Below, piece after piece: positions 37,001 through 44,893 of a stretch of 64,000 bases of DNA. The first letter of the stretch is position 1, and the number at the start of each line of letters is the position of its first letter. The position numbers were made by a program, and so were the translations under genes. Source of the stretch: Dehalococcoidia bacterium (GTDB taxonomy: Bacteria; Chloroflexota; Dehalococcoidia; Bin125); NCBI GenBank assembly GCA_022825265.1, contig JAJDXE010000004.1, positions 270,341-334,340 of the forward strand. Reading direction: 5' to 3'. The notes under the pieces were generated by a model. The model was not told the DNA's origin, did no database searches, and saw nothing but the letters and a program-made list of their open reading frames with translations.

Positions 37001-37116
37001 GCAAGGGTCAGTCGACATCGGTGACGGTGGCTCGGCGTGAGATACGGAAGTGGTTGTCGGAGTCGGCGGAGGGTCGGCGGGTGGAGGAGTTGGTGTCGAG
37101 GTTGTTGGGGGGTTAG
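34027..37116 (+). CDS. MmeI-family Type IIL restriction-modification enzyme: single polypeptide with N-terminal PD-(D/E)xK nuclease, N6-adenine methyltransferase and C-terminal specificity domain.
   Basis: 1029 aa. The N-terminal RVDLRTRDVIVEFKV matches the MmeI VDLx8IEMK nuclease motif. Also has GEYYTPDWLAREIV, LDPACGSGSFIF (motif I) and IVGNPPWITYNK (motif IV, NPPW, gamma-class amino-MTase). A C-terminal region of about 400 aa would be the target recognition domain. Confidence 0.75.
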   Translation: MPTPELCGKFAQYILDRHNQAAAEADIRAAARDFLIETGLADREEIDMEQSPASGWSGRVDLRTRDVIVEFKVRIGDRINPDEKHVNQLDDYLKAAVEGGRPQRFGILTDGKYWVLRWPGMGLVRTQAPHAFTLNSADQGLLLYEWLRDQSQALEERGVPPTEDEVKKRLGEGPRFEQHIAALNDLYQAKRDDPTIALKRDLWRSLLAAALGQVVEEEPDLDELFVRHTYLSVVVGLAVQAAFGIEIEGAANSDPVALLGGQLFVDQTGVSGVVESDFFTWPAEIGGDEWIRDLAQRIGWFDWNEAESDIARILYESVIPADDRRRLGEYYTPDWLAREIVDAVVTDPLNQRVLDPACGSGSFIFAAVRKYLSAAQADGRSSAQAVDGLLDHVIGIDVHPVAVHLARATWTLAARDALEGAVAEGQSVNATVPVYLGDSLQLRAETSGMFAQQTVTIPVPDPPDSDLEFNRELEFPRALVEQADWFDNLMTRMANAIENGEDPAWALDDEAIGSGPEREMLEKTAALLQQLHEEGRDHIWAYYTRNLVRPVALRADPVDVIVGNPPWITYNKTQAVIREELERQSKQRYEIWAGGRYATHQDIAGMFYARCVELYLKQGGMAAMVLPHSALQTGQYTKWRTGQWGVLSVDLGVRPPWDLEQVEPNSFFPVPSCVAFLLRREPSGKPLASQAERWLGGAGGPFSRERVRLFDTSGDFASPYGGRARQGATIVPRVLFFVNEQSSMAAVQAANTVTVSPRRSRQEKAPWKHLQLPELKGQTIEAGHVFDVHLGETLAPHVLLTPLRAALPLAKSTRVLAKAEDGWFGVDPLSLDERMRRRWRRISGIWDKQKGVNNKLSLLERLDYVGNLTNQRTLVSLGTRIAYTKSGRPTAAVVDDDAAVIDHTAYWVQVGSETEAHYISAVINSDTLEAAVAPLMSKGQFGARDMHKHLWRLPIPEYDDTDPLHVELAEAGEAAAIGAKALWDGVRVEREGKGQSTSVTVARREIRKWLSESAEGRRVEELVSRLLGG

Positions 37117-38321
37117 GCAATCGGAGCCTTCCGAAGTTCCGCGTAAGGAATCTCAGGAATGTCAAGCAACGCAGACAAGTCAACACCCTCTGTCCAAAGC
37201 AACTGACCATCGTGAACGTGAGCCGACGCTACACTCAGGAGTTCTTTCGGGAGGTTCTGCTTGTAATGAGGGTTGAGAAACAGACGATCTCCGTAGCCAG
37301 TAGGCGTTGTCGCGACTGGACGTGCATTGCCGAACAGCCATACAGCCGCGAGATTCTCATTTCGAGCAACGCCGCTCTTATCGATCCAGACGCCTCTCTC
37401 AAGCCTTGGTTCTCCTAACTTTACATTCCAGTCAGGAGGCCCGTACTCTCGATTGCGAAGGCCGAAAAGTGATACAAGTCCTTCTTCAGCAAAGTTGTAG
37501 AAGCCATCTACTGTGCTGCACGCAACAACTAAAGGAGCGTCCAGCTGGCCTACTCGTTTCTCCCGCGCCTTCCTGTCGACCGCGGCACCAAGTGTAGGAG
37601 ATACATCCTTTGCGCCACCACCGAACCAAGCTGCTATCGTTCGCCCGGCAGAGATACCCCACTTTTCTCGCGGCTTGGGCCAAAGCCCTACATGGAGACT
37701 GCAGCCATCGAGCTCAATCGTCACTGAAGGAGCGTCGACGCGACGTGAATAACTACCGTCGACCTGCTGGAGAACTCTATCGGGGTCGCTATCCGCCATA
37801 AGACGTCGAATGCGCGATTGGATGTATCTTTTGGATGGTTGATTTGTAGGACAGCCGGATGGACGGACAGTGACCAGAAAGTGAGGGTCGTCGATTTCAT
37901 CGATCCACGTGTAAATCTGGTCTAGGATCGCGTTATCTGGTATCTCGGCGCTCGATGCCTGACTTACGGTTGCTTCGAGGTAGAATCGATTATCTCCCGA
38001 TCGGGCAAGGAAGTCTGGTTGGGAGTTAACACCCGGCACCCTTGGATGGACGGTGACAGCAAAGCCGAGGCGGCGTAGGAGCTCATGCACAACGAGCTCA
38101 AAGTACGCGCCAAGATGTTGGCCCTCGTCGTCTGACGTGAAGCGGCCGTGCAAATCGTCTCGATGATGATCCGTGGATGGATAGTCCTCAAACATAGCTT
38201 GGCACAAATCGCGGGATCGAATGGAGACATTCCAAGATGATCGATTCAGGAACTCGTACTCGCTCTCAAGGTGGTGTTTGGCCGAGGAATCCATCTGGAT
38301 ATCGTGTTCGAAGAGCTGCAT
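37113..38321 (-). CDS. Hypothetical 402-aa protein of unknown function, lower GC, convergent with and overlapping the 3' end of the Type IIL gene.
   Basis: Long ORF with coherent codon usage distinct from the host. Has a possible degenerate PD-(D/E)xK-like stretch (QPDFLARSGDNRFYLEATVS). No family recognised. Confidence 0.5.
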   Translation of the reverse strand: MQLFEHDIQMDSSAKHHLESEYEFLNRSSWNVSIRSRDLCQAMFEDYPSTDHHRDDLHGRFTSDDEGQHLGAYFELVVHELLRRLGFAVTVHPRVPGVNSQPDFLARSGDNRFYLEATVSQASSAEIPDNAILDQIYTWIDEIDDPHFLVTVRPSGCPTNQPSKRYIQSRIRRLMADSDPDRVLQQVDGSYSRRVDAPSVTIELDGCSLHVGLWPKPREKWGISAGRTIAAWFGGGAKDVSPTLGAAVDRKAREKRVGQLDAPLVVACSTVDGFYNFAEEGLVSLFGLRNREYGPPDWNVKLGEPRLERGVWIDKSGVARNENLAAVWLFGNARPVATTPTGYGDRLFLNPHYKQNLPKELLSVASAHVHDGQLLWTEGVDLSALLDIPEIPYAELRKAPIA

Positions 38322-38438
38322 GGCGGTCGATCCTCCAGCGATTGTTGTATCACGAAATCACGACGGTGGGTGGGATGTGGAGCGGCTATAGGTCGCGGTA
38401 GGTGGCTTCGTTGCGGCGGAGAACGTCGGTGATCGTGA

Positions 38439-38924
38439 TCAGGCGGGCGCGGCTTCAGTGAGCGTGACCGAGTGTGGGTTGTAGGAGAGGGCGAGGTCGA
38501 AGGAGCGGAGGGCGTCCTGGCCGAGGAGACTGGGGGCTTCCCAGTTGCTATCGGGCGTGGGTAGTGGGGTGGATGGCCGGGCGATCAGGATTGGTTGATC
38601 GACGACCACGGGCTTGTGCTCTTCGTCGCTGAAGGTCAGGCTAGCGGGCCGAATCACGTACTGACTCGCGCTGCCGCTGATCCCGTAGAGGTCGAAACGG
38701 GCGATGTCCCGGTCAAAGTCGATGCCCTGATAGGCCGCCCCCAGGACAGCACGCGCATGAGCTGGAGACAGCGCGGTGTAGTCCGCCCCGGTGTCGATCT
38801 GCATCCAGATCGCCGCGCTACGGCCCGCAATCTGAACCGATACGCGAACCACGGGCCGCAACACATTGCCGAGAAGCGGATGAAAGGAAGCTTCGCTCTC
38901 AAACTCCGCTCGAACCCGCGCCAC
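38439..38924 (-). CDS. Retropepsin-like (clan AA) aspartic protease.
   Basis: 161 aa with an IDTGADYTAL (DTGA) aspartyl-protease motif and a GTG start that overlaps the upstream stop (TAGTG). Confidence 0.65.
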   Translation of the reverse strand: MARVRAEFESEASFHPLLGNVLRPVVRVSVQIAGRSAAIWMQIDTGADYTALSPAHARAVLGAAYQGIDFDRDIARFDLYGISGSASQYVIRPASLTFSDEEHKPVVVDQPILIARPSTPLPTPDSNWEAPSLLGQDALRSFDLALSYNPHSVTLTEAAPA

Positions 38925-39222
38925 TACTGCGCTCGTTTGGGACGGGGGAAGGAATCAGCATGACGGAGCATCGGCCGCCGCCGAATGAAGTAGTGATAGG
39001 CGCCGCGCCGCTGTGAATCGGGCAGCGCTTCCAGCGCGGCGAACATCTCGGCAGGGTGGTCGAAGATGTGGATCGTCTCCGCGTCGTAGATCAGGACCCA
39101 TTTTCCGCGATTGTGAGGAGAGATTTCGGCGCTCTGCTCGGCCCAGCAAGCGACGTTGCGCTCGTACACGGCAAGATCCGCAAGTTGAGTCTCAACGTCG
39201 GACGCGTGCTGACTGCTGACCA
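38924..39222 (-). CDS. Small conserved hypothetical protein (about 99 aa, possibly DUF5678-like), translationally coupled to the retropepsin-like protease.
   Basis: Sequence MVSSQHASDVETQLADLAVYERNVACWAEQSAEISPHNRGKWVLIYDAETIHIFDHPAEMFAALEALP... It is embedded as the C-terminus of a long spurious antisense ORF in the track. Its stop overlaps the protease start by 1 nt. Confidence 0.5.
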
Positions 39223-39322
39223 TGATGAACGGCCTCCCTGTCGACGATGGTAATCGAACGTGTGCCCACCCTCTACACTGGCCCCAGACCTCCCGCGTAC
39301 CCCTCCGATGAAGGAGTTTCCG

Positions 39323-40561
39323 ATGAAGTTTCACTGGTTCAACCTGATGCCCTGGCCTCATCTTCCGGATGATTTCCGGGAGACGAATCGGTCGGTCTGG
39401 GTCGATGTGGACTCTCGGCTGTATGACCCGGTGGAGGGTCACCGGGTGTACAACGAGTACCTGGACCAGCTTGAGTTTGCGGCCGGGCTGGGCTTTGACG
39501 GGATCGGCGTGAACGAGCATCACCAGAACGCGTACGGGATGATGCCGTCGCCGCAGATCATGGCGGCCTCGCTGGCTCGGCGGACGAAGGACGTGACGCT
39601 GCTGCTGCTGGGTCAGTCGATTGCGCTGTACAACCCGCCGACTCGGGTGGCGGAGGAGATGGCGATGCTCGACGTGATGTCGGGCGGTCGGCTGGTGGCG
39701 GGATTCCCGGTGGGGACGTCGATGGACGACAACTTCTGCTTCGGCTCGAATCCGGCGACGCTGCGGGACAAGTACAGGGAGAATCACGACCTGATCCGTC
39801 GGGCGTGGGAGGATCCGGATGTCTTCTCGTGGAACGGCGAGTACAACAAGATTCGCTACGTCAACCTCTGGCCGCGTCCGATCCAGAAGCCGCACCCGCC
39901 GATCTGGATTCCCGGCGGCGGCTCGGTGGAGACCTGGGACTTCTGCGCGGAGATGGGCTACAACTACAGCTATCTCTCGTTCAATGGCTATGTCCGCGGT
40001 GAGGCTCTGATGCAGGGCTTCTGGAATCGGCTGGGCGAGATGGGCGTCGAGTTCAATCCGTTCCAGGGCGCGTTTGCGCAGCAGGTCGTGGTCGCCGAGA
40101 CCGACGATCAGGCCGAGCAGATGTACACCGAGCATCTGCAGTACTTCTTCGACAAGTGTCTGCATGTGTATCCCGGCTTCGCCGACGCGCCCGGGTACCG
40201 GACCGAGAACACAATCCGGGCCGGTCTGCGAGCCGGCGGCGCGCAGGGTCTGGGCATTGCGCACACGCTCGAGTGGAAGGACTGGGTGCGCGAGGGCTAC
40301 ATCGTGGCCGGCTCGCCGGACTCGGTGGCGGAGCAGATCGAGGCCCTGGCGACGAAGCTGCAGGTCGGCCACCTGGTGACTCTGCTGCACTGCGGCGACA
40401 TGCCGGACGACAAGGCTCGGGCGTCGACGAAGCTGTTCGCCGAGCAGGTGATGCCTCGGGTGAAGCACATCTGGGAAGACTACGAAGATCACTGGTCGCC
40501 GAAGCCGATCGGCTCGGAGCAGGTCGCGACGCCGGCTCCGGTGCTGACGGGCTCCAACTAG
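39323..40561 (+). CDS. LLM-class flavin-dependent oxidoreductase.
   Basis: Begins MKFHWFNLMPWPHLPDDFRETNRSVWVD...NEHHQN. An AAGGAG sits 7 nt upstream of the ATG at 39323. Confidence 0.8.
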   Translation: MKFHWFNLMPWPHLPDDFRETNRSVWVDVDSRLYDPVEGHRVYNEYLDQLEFAAGLGFDGIGVNEHHQNAYGMMPSPQIMAASLARRTKDVTLLLLGQSIALYNPPTRVAEEMAMLDVMSGGRLVAGFPVGTSMDDNFCFGSNPATLRDKYRENHDLIRRAWEDPDVFSWNGEYNKIRYVNLWPRPIQKPHPPIWIPGGGSVETWDFCAEMGYNYSYLSFNGYVRGEALMQGFWNRLGEMGVEFNPFQGAFAQQVVVAETDDQAEQMYTEHLQYFFDKCLHVYPGFADAPGYRTENTIRAGLRAGGAQGLGIAHTLEWKDWVREGYIVAGSPDSVAEQIEALATKLQVGHLVTLLHCGDMPDDKARASTKLFAEQVMPRVKHIWEDYEDHWSPKPIGSEQVATPAPVLTGSN

Positions 40562-40580
40562 GCGCATGCCTCTACTTGGT

Positions 40581-40722
40581 GAAGACCTCCCCCTCTGGGG
40601 GAGGTGCCCCGGAGGGGCGGAGGGGGCCTCTCTGCGAGCTGCGGACGTTAACGAATCTGACAGTGGGAGCCGAGCCCCCTCAGTCGCTTCGCGACAGCTC
40701 CCCCAAAAGGGGGAGGTCTTGC
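40581..40722. repeat. Complete but empty MITE-like copy of the CCCCCTCTGGGGG-family element: both inverted-repeat arms around a 44-bp core.
   Basis: Left arm is gacctCCCCCTCTGGGGGaggtgccccggaggggcggagggggcc. Right arm is gccccctcagtcgcttcgcgacagctcCCCCAAAAGGGGGaggtc. These match the arms flanking the DUF559 gene at 15468 and 15894 nearly base for base. Confidence 0.7.
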
Positions 40723-40787
40723 CTCGTGGTTGACGTGACCTGCTCGCGCATGGTGATCAGCAACGATGGACTTTTCGGACTGATCCG

Positions 40788-42038
40788 GTGAAGTTCCACT
40801 GGTTTCACGGGATGCCGTGGCCGCATTTGCCGGCCGATTTCCGTGAGCGCAATCGATCCGTGTGGGTTGACGCCGACTCGCGGTTGTACGAGCCGGTCGA
40901 GGGCCACCGGCTGTATCACGAATACCTGGATCAGCTCGAGTTCGCCGAGCGCGTTGGTTTCGACGGGCTGGTGCTCAACGAGCATCATCAGCACGTCTTT
41001 GGCCTGATGCCGTCGCCTCAATTGATGGCGGCGGCGTTGGCCCGGCGAACGTCGCGGGCGGCGATCGTTCTGCTGGGCATGTCGATCGCGCTCTACCGTC
41101 CGGCGACGCGGGCGGCGGAGGAGATCGCGATGCTCGACGTGATCTCCGGCGGCCGGATCGTGGCTGGATTTCCACTCGGCACGCCGATGGACGCAAACTA
41201 CGCCTATGGAGCGAATCCGGCGGAGTTTCGTCGCGTCTACCGCGAGCACCACGATCTGATCCTGCGGGCCTGGAAGGATCCGGACGTATTCACCTGGAAC
41301 GGCGAGTCGGCGAAGCTGCGCTACGTGAATGTCTGGCCGCGTCCGGTTCAGCAGCCGCATCCGCCGGTCTGGATTCCCGCGGATGGCGTCTCGTCGGAGA
41401 CGTGGGACTTTTGTGCTGAGCACAGGTACGCCTATGTTTGTCTCGCCTCTCGCGGATTCGCACCGGCGCAGTCGGCGATGGACGGATTCTGGTCGCGAGT
41501 TGAGTCGCGAGGGATCCCATGCAATCCGTACCAGGGTGTGGTTTCTCAAACGATTGTGGTGGCTGAATCCGATGAGGAGGCGCAGGAACGGTATCAGCCG
41601 CATCTGGACTACACGTCGCGGCACACGCTTGGCGACTTCCCCGGCTGGACCGAGGCGCCCGGCTGGCGCACGGAGCGGGGCATCCGCGAACGCGCCGTCC
41701 GAACGATGGCCGACCTGGGTAATCCAACTCCGCCGCGCATCCCGACGTGGCAAGAGCGAATAGACAGCGGCTCGCTGGCCGCCGGTTCGCCGGTGACGGT
41801 CACCGAGCACTTGGAGCACCTGGTGACAACGCTGCGCGCCGGCCACCTGGTCGGCGTGTTCCACGTCGGCGATATGCCGCACGACGCGACCCTGCGCAGC
41901 ACTCGACTGTTTGCTGAGCAGGTAATCCCACGTCTGCGACACTTGTGGGACGATTACGACGACCACTGGTCGCCGACCCCGATCGCGACCGAACCACTGA
42001 AACGAACGACTGAACCCGAACTCGCAGGAGTGAACTGA
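40788..42038 (+). CDS. LLM-class flavin-dependent oxidoreductase, paralogue of 39323-40561.
   Basis: GTG start. MKFHWFHGMPWPHLPADFRERNRSVWVD..., colinear with the upstream paralogue. Confidence 0.8.
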   Translation: MKFHWFHGMPWPHLPADFRERNRSVWVDADSRLYEPVEGHRLYHEYLDQLEFAERVGFDGLVLNEHHQHVFGLMPSPQLMAAALARRTSRAAIVLLGMSIALYRPATRAAEEIAMLDVISGGRIVAGFPLGTPMDANYAYGANPAEFRRVYREHHDLILRAWKDPDVFTWNGESAKLRYVNVWPRPVQQPHPPVWIPADGVSSETWDFCAEHRYAYVCLASRGFAPAQSAMDGFWSRVESRGIPCNPYQGVVSQTIVVAESDEEAQERYQPHLDYTSRHTLGDFPGWTEAPGWRTERGIRERAVRTMADLGNPTPPRIPTWQERIDSGSLAAGSPVTVTEHLEHLVTTLRAGHLVGVFHVGDMPHDATLRSTRLFAEQVIPRLRHLWDDYDDHWSPTPIATEPLKRTTEPELAGVN

Positions 42039-42832
42039 TGGCTGAACTGAAGACGCTCGACCTCCGCCCTGGCGGACAGACCGCCCACGTCTGGGAAGGC
42101 GGCGATCCCGGATCGCCGGCGCTGCTCTTTCTGCACCCGATCACGGGGATTCCTCGCTGGGGCGACGCGCTGGAGACGTTGGCTAACGACTTCCACGTGA
42201 TTGCGCCGTATCAGCCCGGCTGGGGTCCGGCCAAGGACGATCTGCCCGGAGCTCACGATGGGCTCGACCTCGTGCTCTTCAACGTCGACCTGCTCAACAC
42301 GCTGGGCGTCGGCTCGGCGCATGTGATCGGGGTCAGCATTGGCGCCTGGATCGGCGCGGAGATTGCGGCGATTCGGCCGGACGCGGTGCAGTCGCTGACG
42401 TTGGTCAACCCGCTCGGTCTGTGGTCCGAGCAGTACCCGGGCGAGGACGCGTTCGCCCAGCATCCGGGGTTCCCTACCGCCGTCCTGTTCAGTAATCCGG
42501 ACAAGCGCACCGAGCTCTTGATGGCCGACCGCGATCCGATGGACGCGTACGTCGGCGAGTTGCTCGATTTGCGCGCCTCGGCCAAGTTCCTCTGGCCGAT
42601 TCCGGACACGGGCGTCGGCCGGCGTCTGGTGCGGATCGACACGCGGACGCTGATCGCCACCTCCGAGCACGACAATATCGTGGCGACTGAGATGGGCGAT
42701 ATCTGGCGAGCGGCGATCCCGGGGGCGCAGTCGGTGCAGTTGTCCGACTCCGGGCACATCGCCGACCTGGAGATCCCGGAGGCCCTCGCCGACCTGGTGC
42801 GCAACTTCGCTCTGGAGGGCGTGACGGCGTGA
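42038..42832 (+). CDS. Alpha/beta hydrolase.
   Basis: 264 aa with LLFLHP, GVSIGAW (nucleophile elbow) and a C-terminal SGH. Confidence 0.75.
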   Translation: MAELKTLDLRPGGQTAHVWEGGDPGSPALLFLHPITGIPRWGDALETLANDFHVIAPYQPGWGPAKDDLPGAHDGLDLVLFNVDLLNTLGVGSAHVIGVSIGAWIGAEIAAIRPDAVQSLTLVNPLGLWSEQYPGEDAFAQHPGFPTAVLFSNPDKRTELLMADRDPMDAYVGELLDLRASAKFLWPIPDTGVGRRLVRIDTRTLIATSEHDNIVATEMGDIWRAAIPGAQSVQLSDSGHIADLEIPEALADLVRNFALEGVTA

Positions 42833-43788
42833 CCAAGTTTGGACTGACTCTGACCAACCGGGGGGTGGTGACTGGCGATTCCTCGCTTGAGGAGATGTAT
42901 GCGCTGACTCGGTTGGTGGATGAAGATGAGCGCTGGACTTCGGTCTGGGTTGGGGACTCGATCACGGCCAAGCCTCGGTTGGACGCGCTTTCGCTGATGA
43001 GCGCGCTGGCGGCTCTGACCGAGCGCGTGCGGATTGGGCCTGGTTGCTTTGCGACGACTCCGGTGCGCCCGGCGACGCTGCTTGCCTATCAGTTAGCGGC
43101 GATCGACGTGATTTCCAATGGCCGGTTGACCTTTGCCGCCTGTATGGGGGCGGCCGACAACTCCGAGTTTGAGCACTTCTGCGTCCCGGCCGTGACTCGG
43201 TCGGGACGGATGGAAGAGGCCGTCGAGATCATTCGCCTACTGACCTCGGAGGACAACGCGTCCTATCACGGCAAGTACAACGATTTTGACAACCTGACGA
43301 TCGAGCCTCACTCGATCCAGCGGCCGATCCCGATTCTGATCGTTTCCAATCCGAATCCCAATGATGCGCGAAATCGGGAACGCGGGTTGAGCCGCGTCGC
43401 CAGGTTGGGCGACGGCTGGATGTCGACGACTCTAACTCCCGAGTTGCTGGGCGAGTATCTCGGCGACATCCGACGCTACGCCGACGAGGCGGGACGCGAG
43501 TTGCGGGAGGACTTTGACGTCGTGGCTTTCCACTCGGTCATGATCGACGACGATCGGGATGCGGCCTTTGCTGAGGCCAAGCGGTTCCTGGACGAGTACT
43601 ACTTCCTCGACCATTCCGAGACCGCCGTGCGGCGCTGGTGCTCCTACGGTCCGCCTGAGCAGGCGGTCGAGGACATCCAGCGCTACATCGAGGCGGGGGC
43701 GACGACGGTGCTGCTGCGGATTTGCAGTGGCGACCAGACGACACAGTATCGGCGGATATCGGAGGAAGTGCTGCCGGCGTTCGTCTGA
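42829..43788 (+). CDS. LLM-class F420-dependent oxidoreductase.
   Basis: 319 aa. MTKFGLTLTNRG...VWVGDS... is typical of F420-dependent LLM proteins. Confidence 0.8.
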   Translation: MTKFGLTLTNRGVVTGDSSLEEMYALTRLVDEDERWTSVWVGDSITAKPRLDALSLMSALAALTERVRIGPGCFATTPVRPATLLAYQLAAIDVISNGRLTFAACMGAADNSEFEHFCVPAVTRSGRMEEAVEIIRLLTSEDNASYHGKYNDFDNLTIEPHSIQRPIPILIVSNPNPNDARNRERGLSRVARLGDGWMSTTLTPELLGEYLGDIRRYADEAGRELREDFDVVAFHSVMIDDDRDAAFAEAKRFLDEYYFLDHSETAVRRWCSYGPPEQAVEDIQRYIEAGATTVLLRICSGDQTTQYRRISEEVLPAFV

Positions 43789-43842
43789 CTTCATCGTCTT
43801 GCGGTAATCCCTACCCTGCGTTCGCATGAACGGGGGACTGGC

Positions 43843-44820
43843 ATGGTCAACTTTGGACTGACACTTTCGAATCGGGGCGTTGTGACGGGCGCTTCGACGC
43901 TGGAGGACATGATTGCGCTGGCTCAGCGGGCGGACTCGGATGAGCGCTGGGACAGCATCTGGGTTGGCGACTCGATCCTGGCAAAGCCTCGGCTGGACGC
44001 GCTGACGCTGATGGGCGCGCTGGCGGTGGTGACGGAGCGGGTCCGGATTGGGCCGGCGTGCTTTGCCTCGACTCCGTTGCGGGACGGGTTGTTGTTGGCG
44101 TACCAGTGGGCGTCGCTCGACTTCATGTCCAACGGACGGACGATCTTTGCGGCCTGTATGGGCCAAGCCGCGCCGGGCGGCGGCGACATGCTGCATGAGT
44201 TCGACGCGTTCTGCGTGGCGCCGGAGTCGCGGATGAAGCGGATGGAGGAGGCGATCGAGGTGATGCGATTGCTGACCTCGGAGGACGACGTCTCGTATCA
44301 CGGCGAGTACAACGACTTCGACAACGTCACCATCGAGCCGCGCTCGGTTCAGCGTCCGGTTCCCATCTGGGTGACATCGAATCCTCGGCCGAACCTGACT
44401 CGCAACCGTGAGGCGGGGTTGCGACGGACGGCTCGGCTTGGCGACGGTTGGATGACGACGTTCCAGCCTCCGGCGATTGTCGAGGAGTACCTGGCCGACA
44501 TTCGTCGTTACGCCGATGAGGAGGGTCGCAAGCTGGCGGATGACTTTGAGGTTTGCGTTTACTACAACATCAATGTTAATGATGATCGTCAGGCGGCGTT
44601 GGATGAGTCGCGTCGCTACCTCGAGGCGTACTACACGACGACCTACACGGACGAGGCACTGGGCCTGTGGGTGGCGATGGGGACTCCTGAGCAGTGCATT
44701 GGCGACATCCAGCGGTACGTTGACGCGGGGGCGACGACGATCACGCTGCGGCTGGTGGGCTACGACCAGCAGGCGATGTACGACCGTGTGGTGGACGAGG
44801 TCTTGCCGGCGTTCGACTGA
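43843..44820 (+). CDS. LLM-class F420-dependent oxidoreductase, tandem paralogue.
   Basis: 325 aa, colinear with 42829-43788. Confidence 0.8.
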   Translation: MVNFGLTLSNRGVVTGASTLEDMIALAQRADSDERWDSIWVGDSILAKPRLDALTLMGALAVVTERVRIGPACFASTPLRDGLLLAYQWASLDFMSNGRTIFAACMGQAAPGGGDMLHEFDAFCVAPESRMKRMEEAIEVMRLLTSEDDVSYHGEYNDFDNVTIEPRSVQRPVPIWVTSNPRPNLTRNREAGLRRTARLGDGWMTTFQPPAIVEEYLADIRRYADEEGRKLADDFEVCVYYNINVNDDRQAALDESRRYLEAYYTTTYTDEALGLWVAMGTPEQCIGDIQRYVDAGATTITLRLVGYDQQAMYDRVVDEVLPAFD

Positions 44821-44893
44821 GTCCTGCGCACGTCGAGTGTCTTCCTCGATCGCATCCCGCGCTAGCCTGCGGGGTGAGTGATTGGAGTTGGGG

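Noticed and set aside
34027-37116. Considered annotating the 1029-aa methyltransferase as a BREX PglX or a Type I/III Mod subunit.
   Set aside because: The N-terminal VDL-x8-VEFK nuclease motif and the motif order (X-I-IV with C-terminal TRD) fit the MmeI Type IIL family. There are no brxA/B/C/L, pglZ, hsdR/S or res genes nearby.
33611-40722. Considered whether the 130-bp tandem repeat or the CCCCCTCTGGGGG elements represent a CRISPR array.
   Set aside because: There are only two copies of a long (130-bp) unit with a 60-bp spacer in one case, and dispersed single copies at four distant loci in the other. Neither has short regular repeat-spacer periodicity and there are no cas genes in the window.
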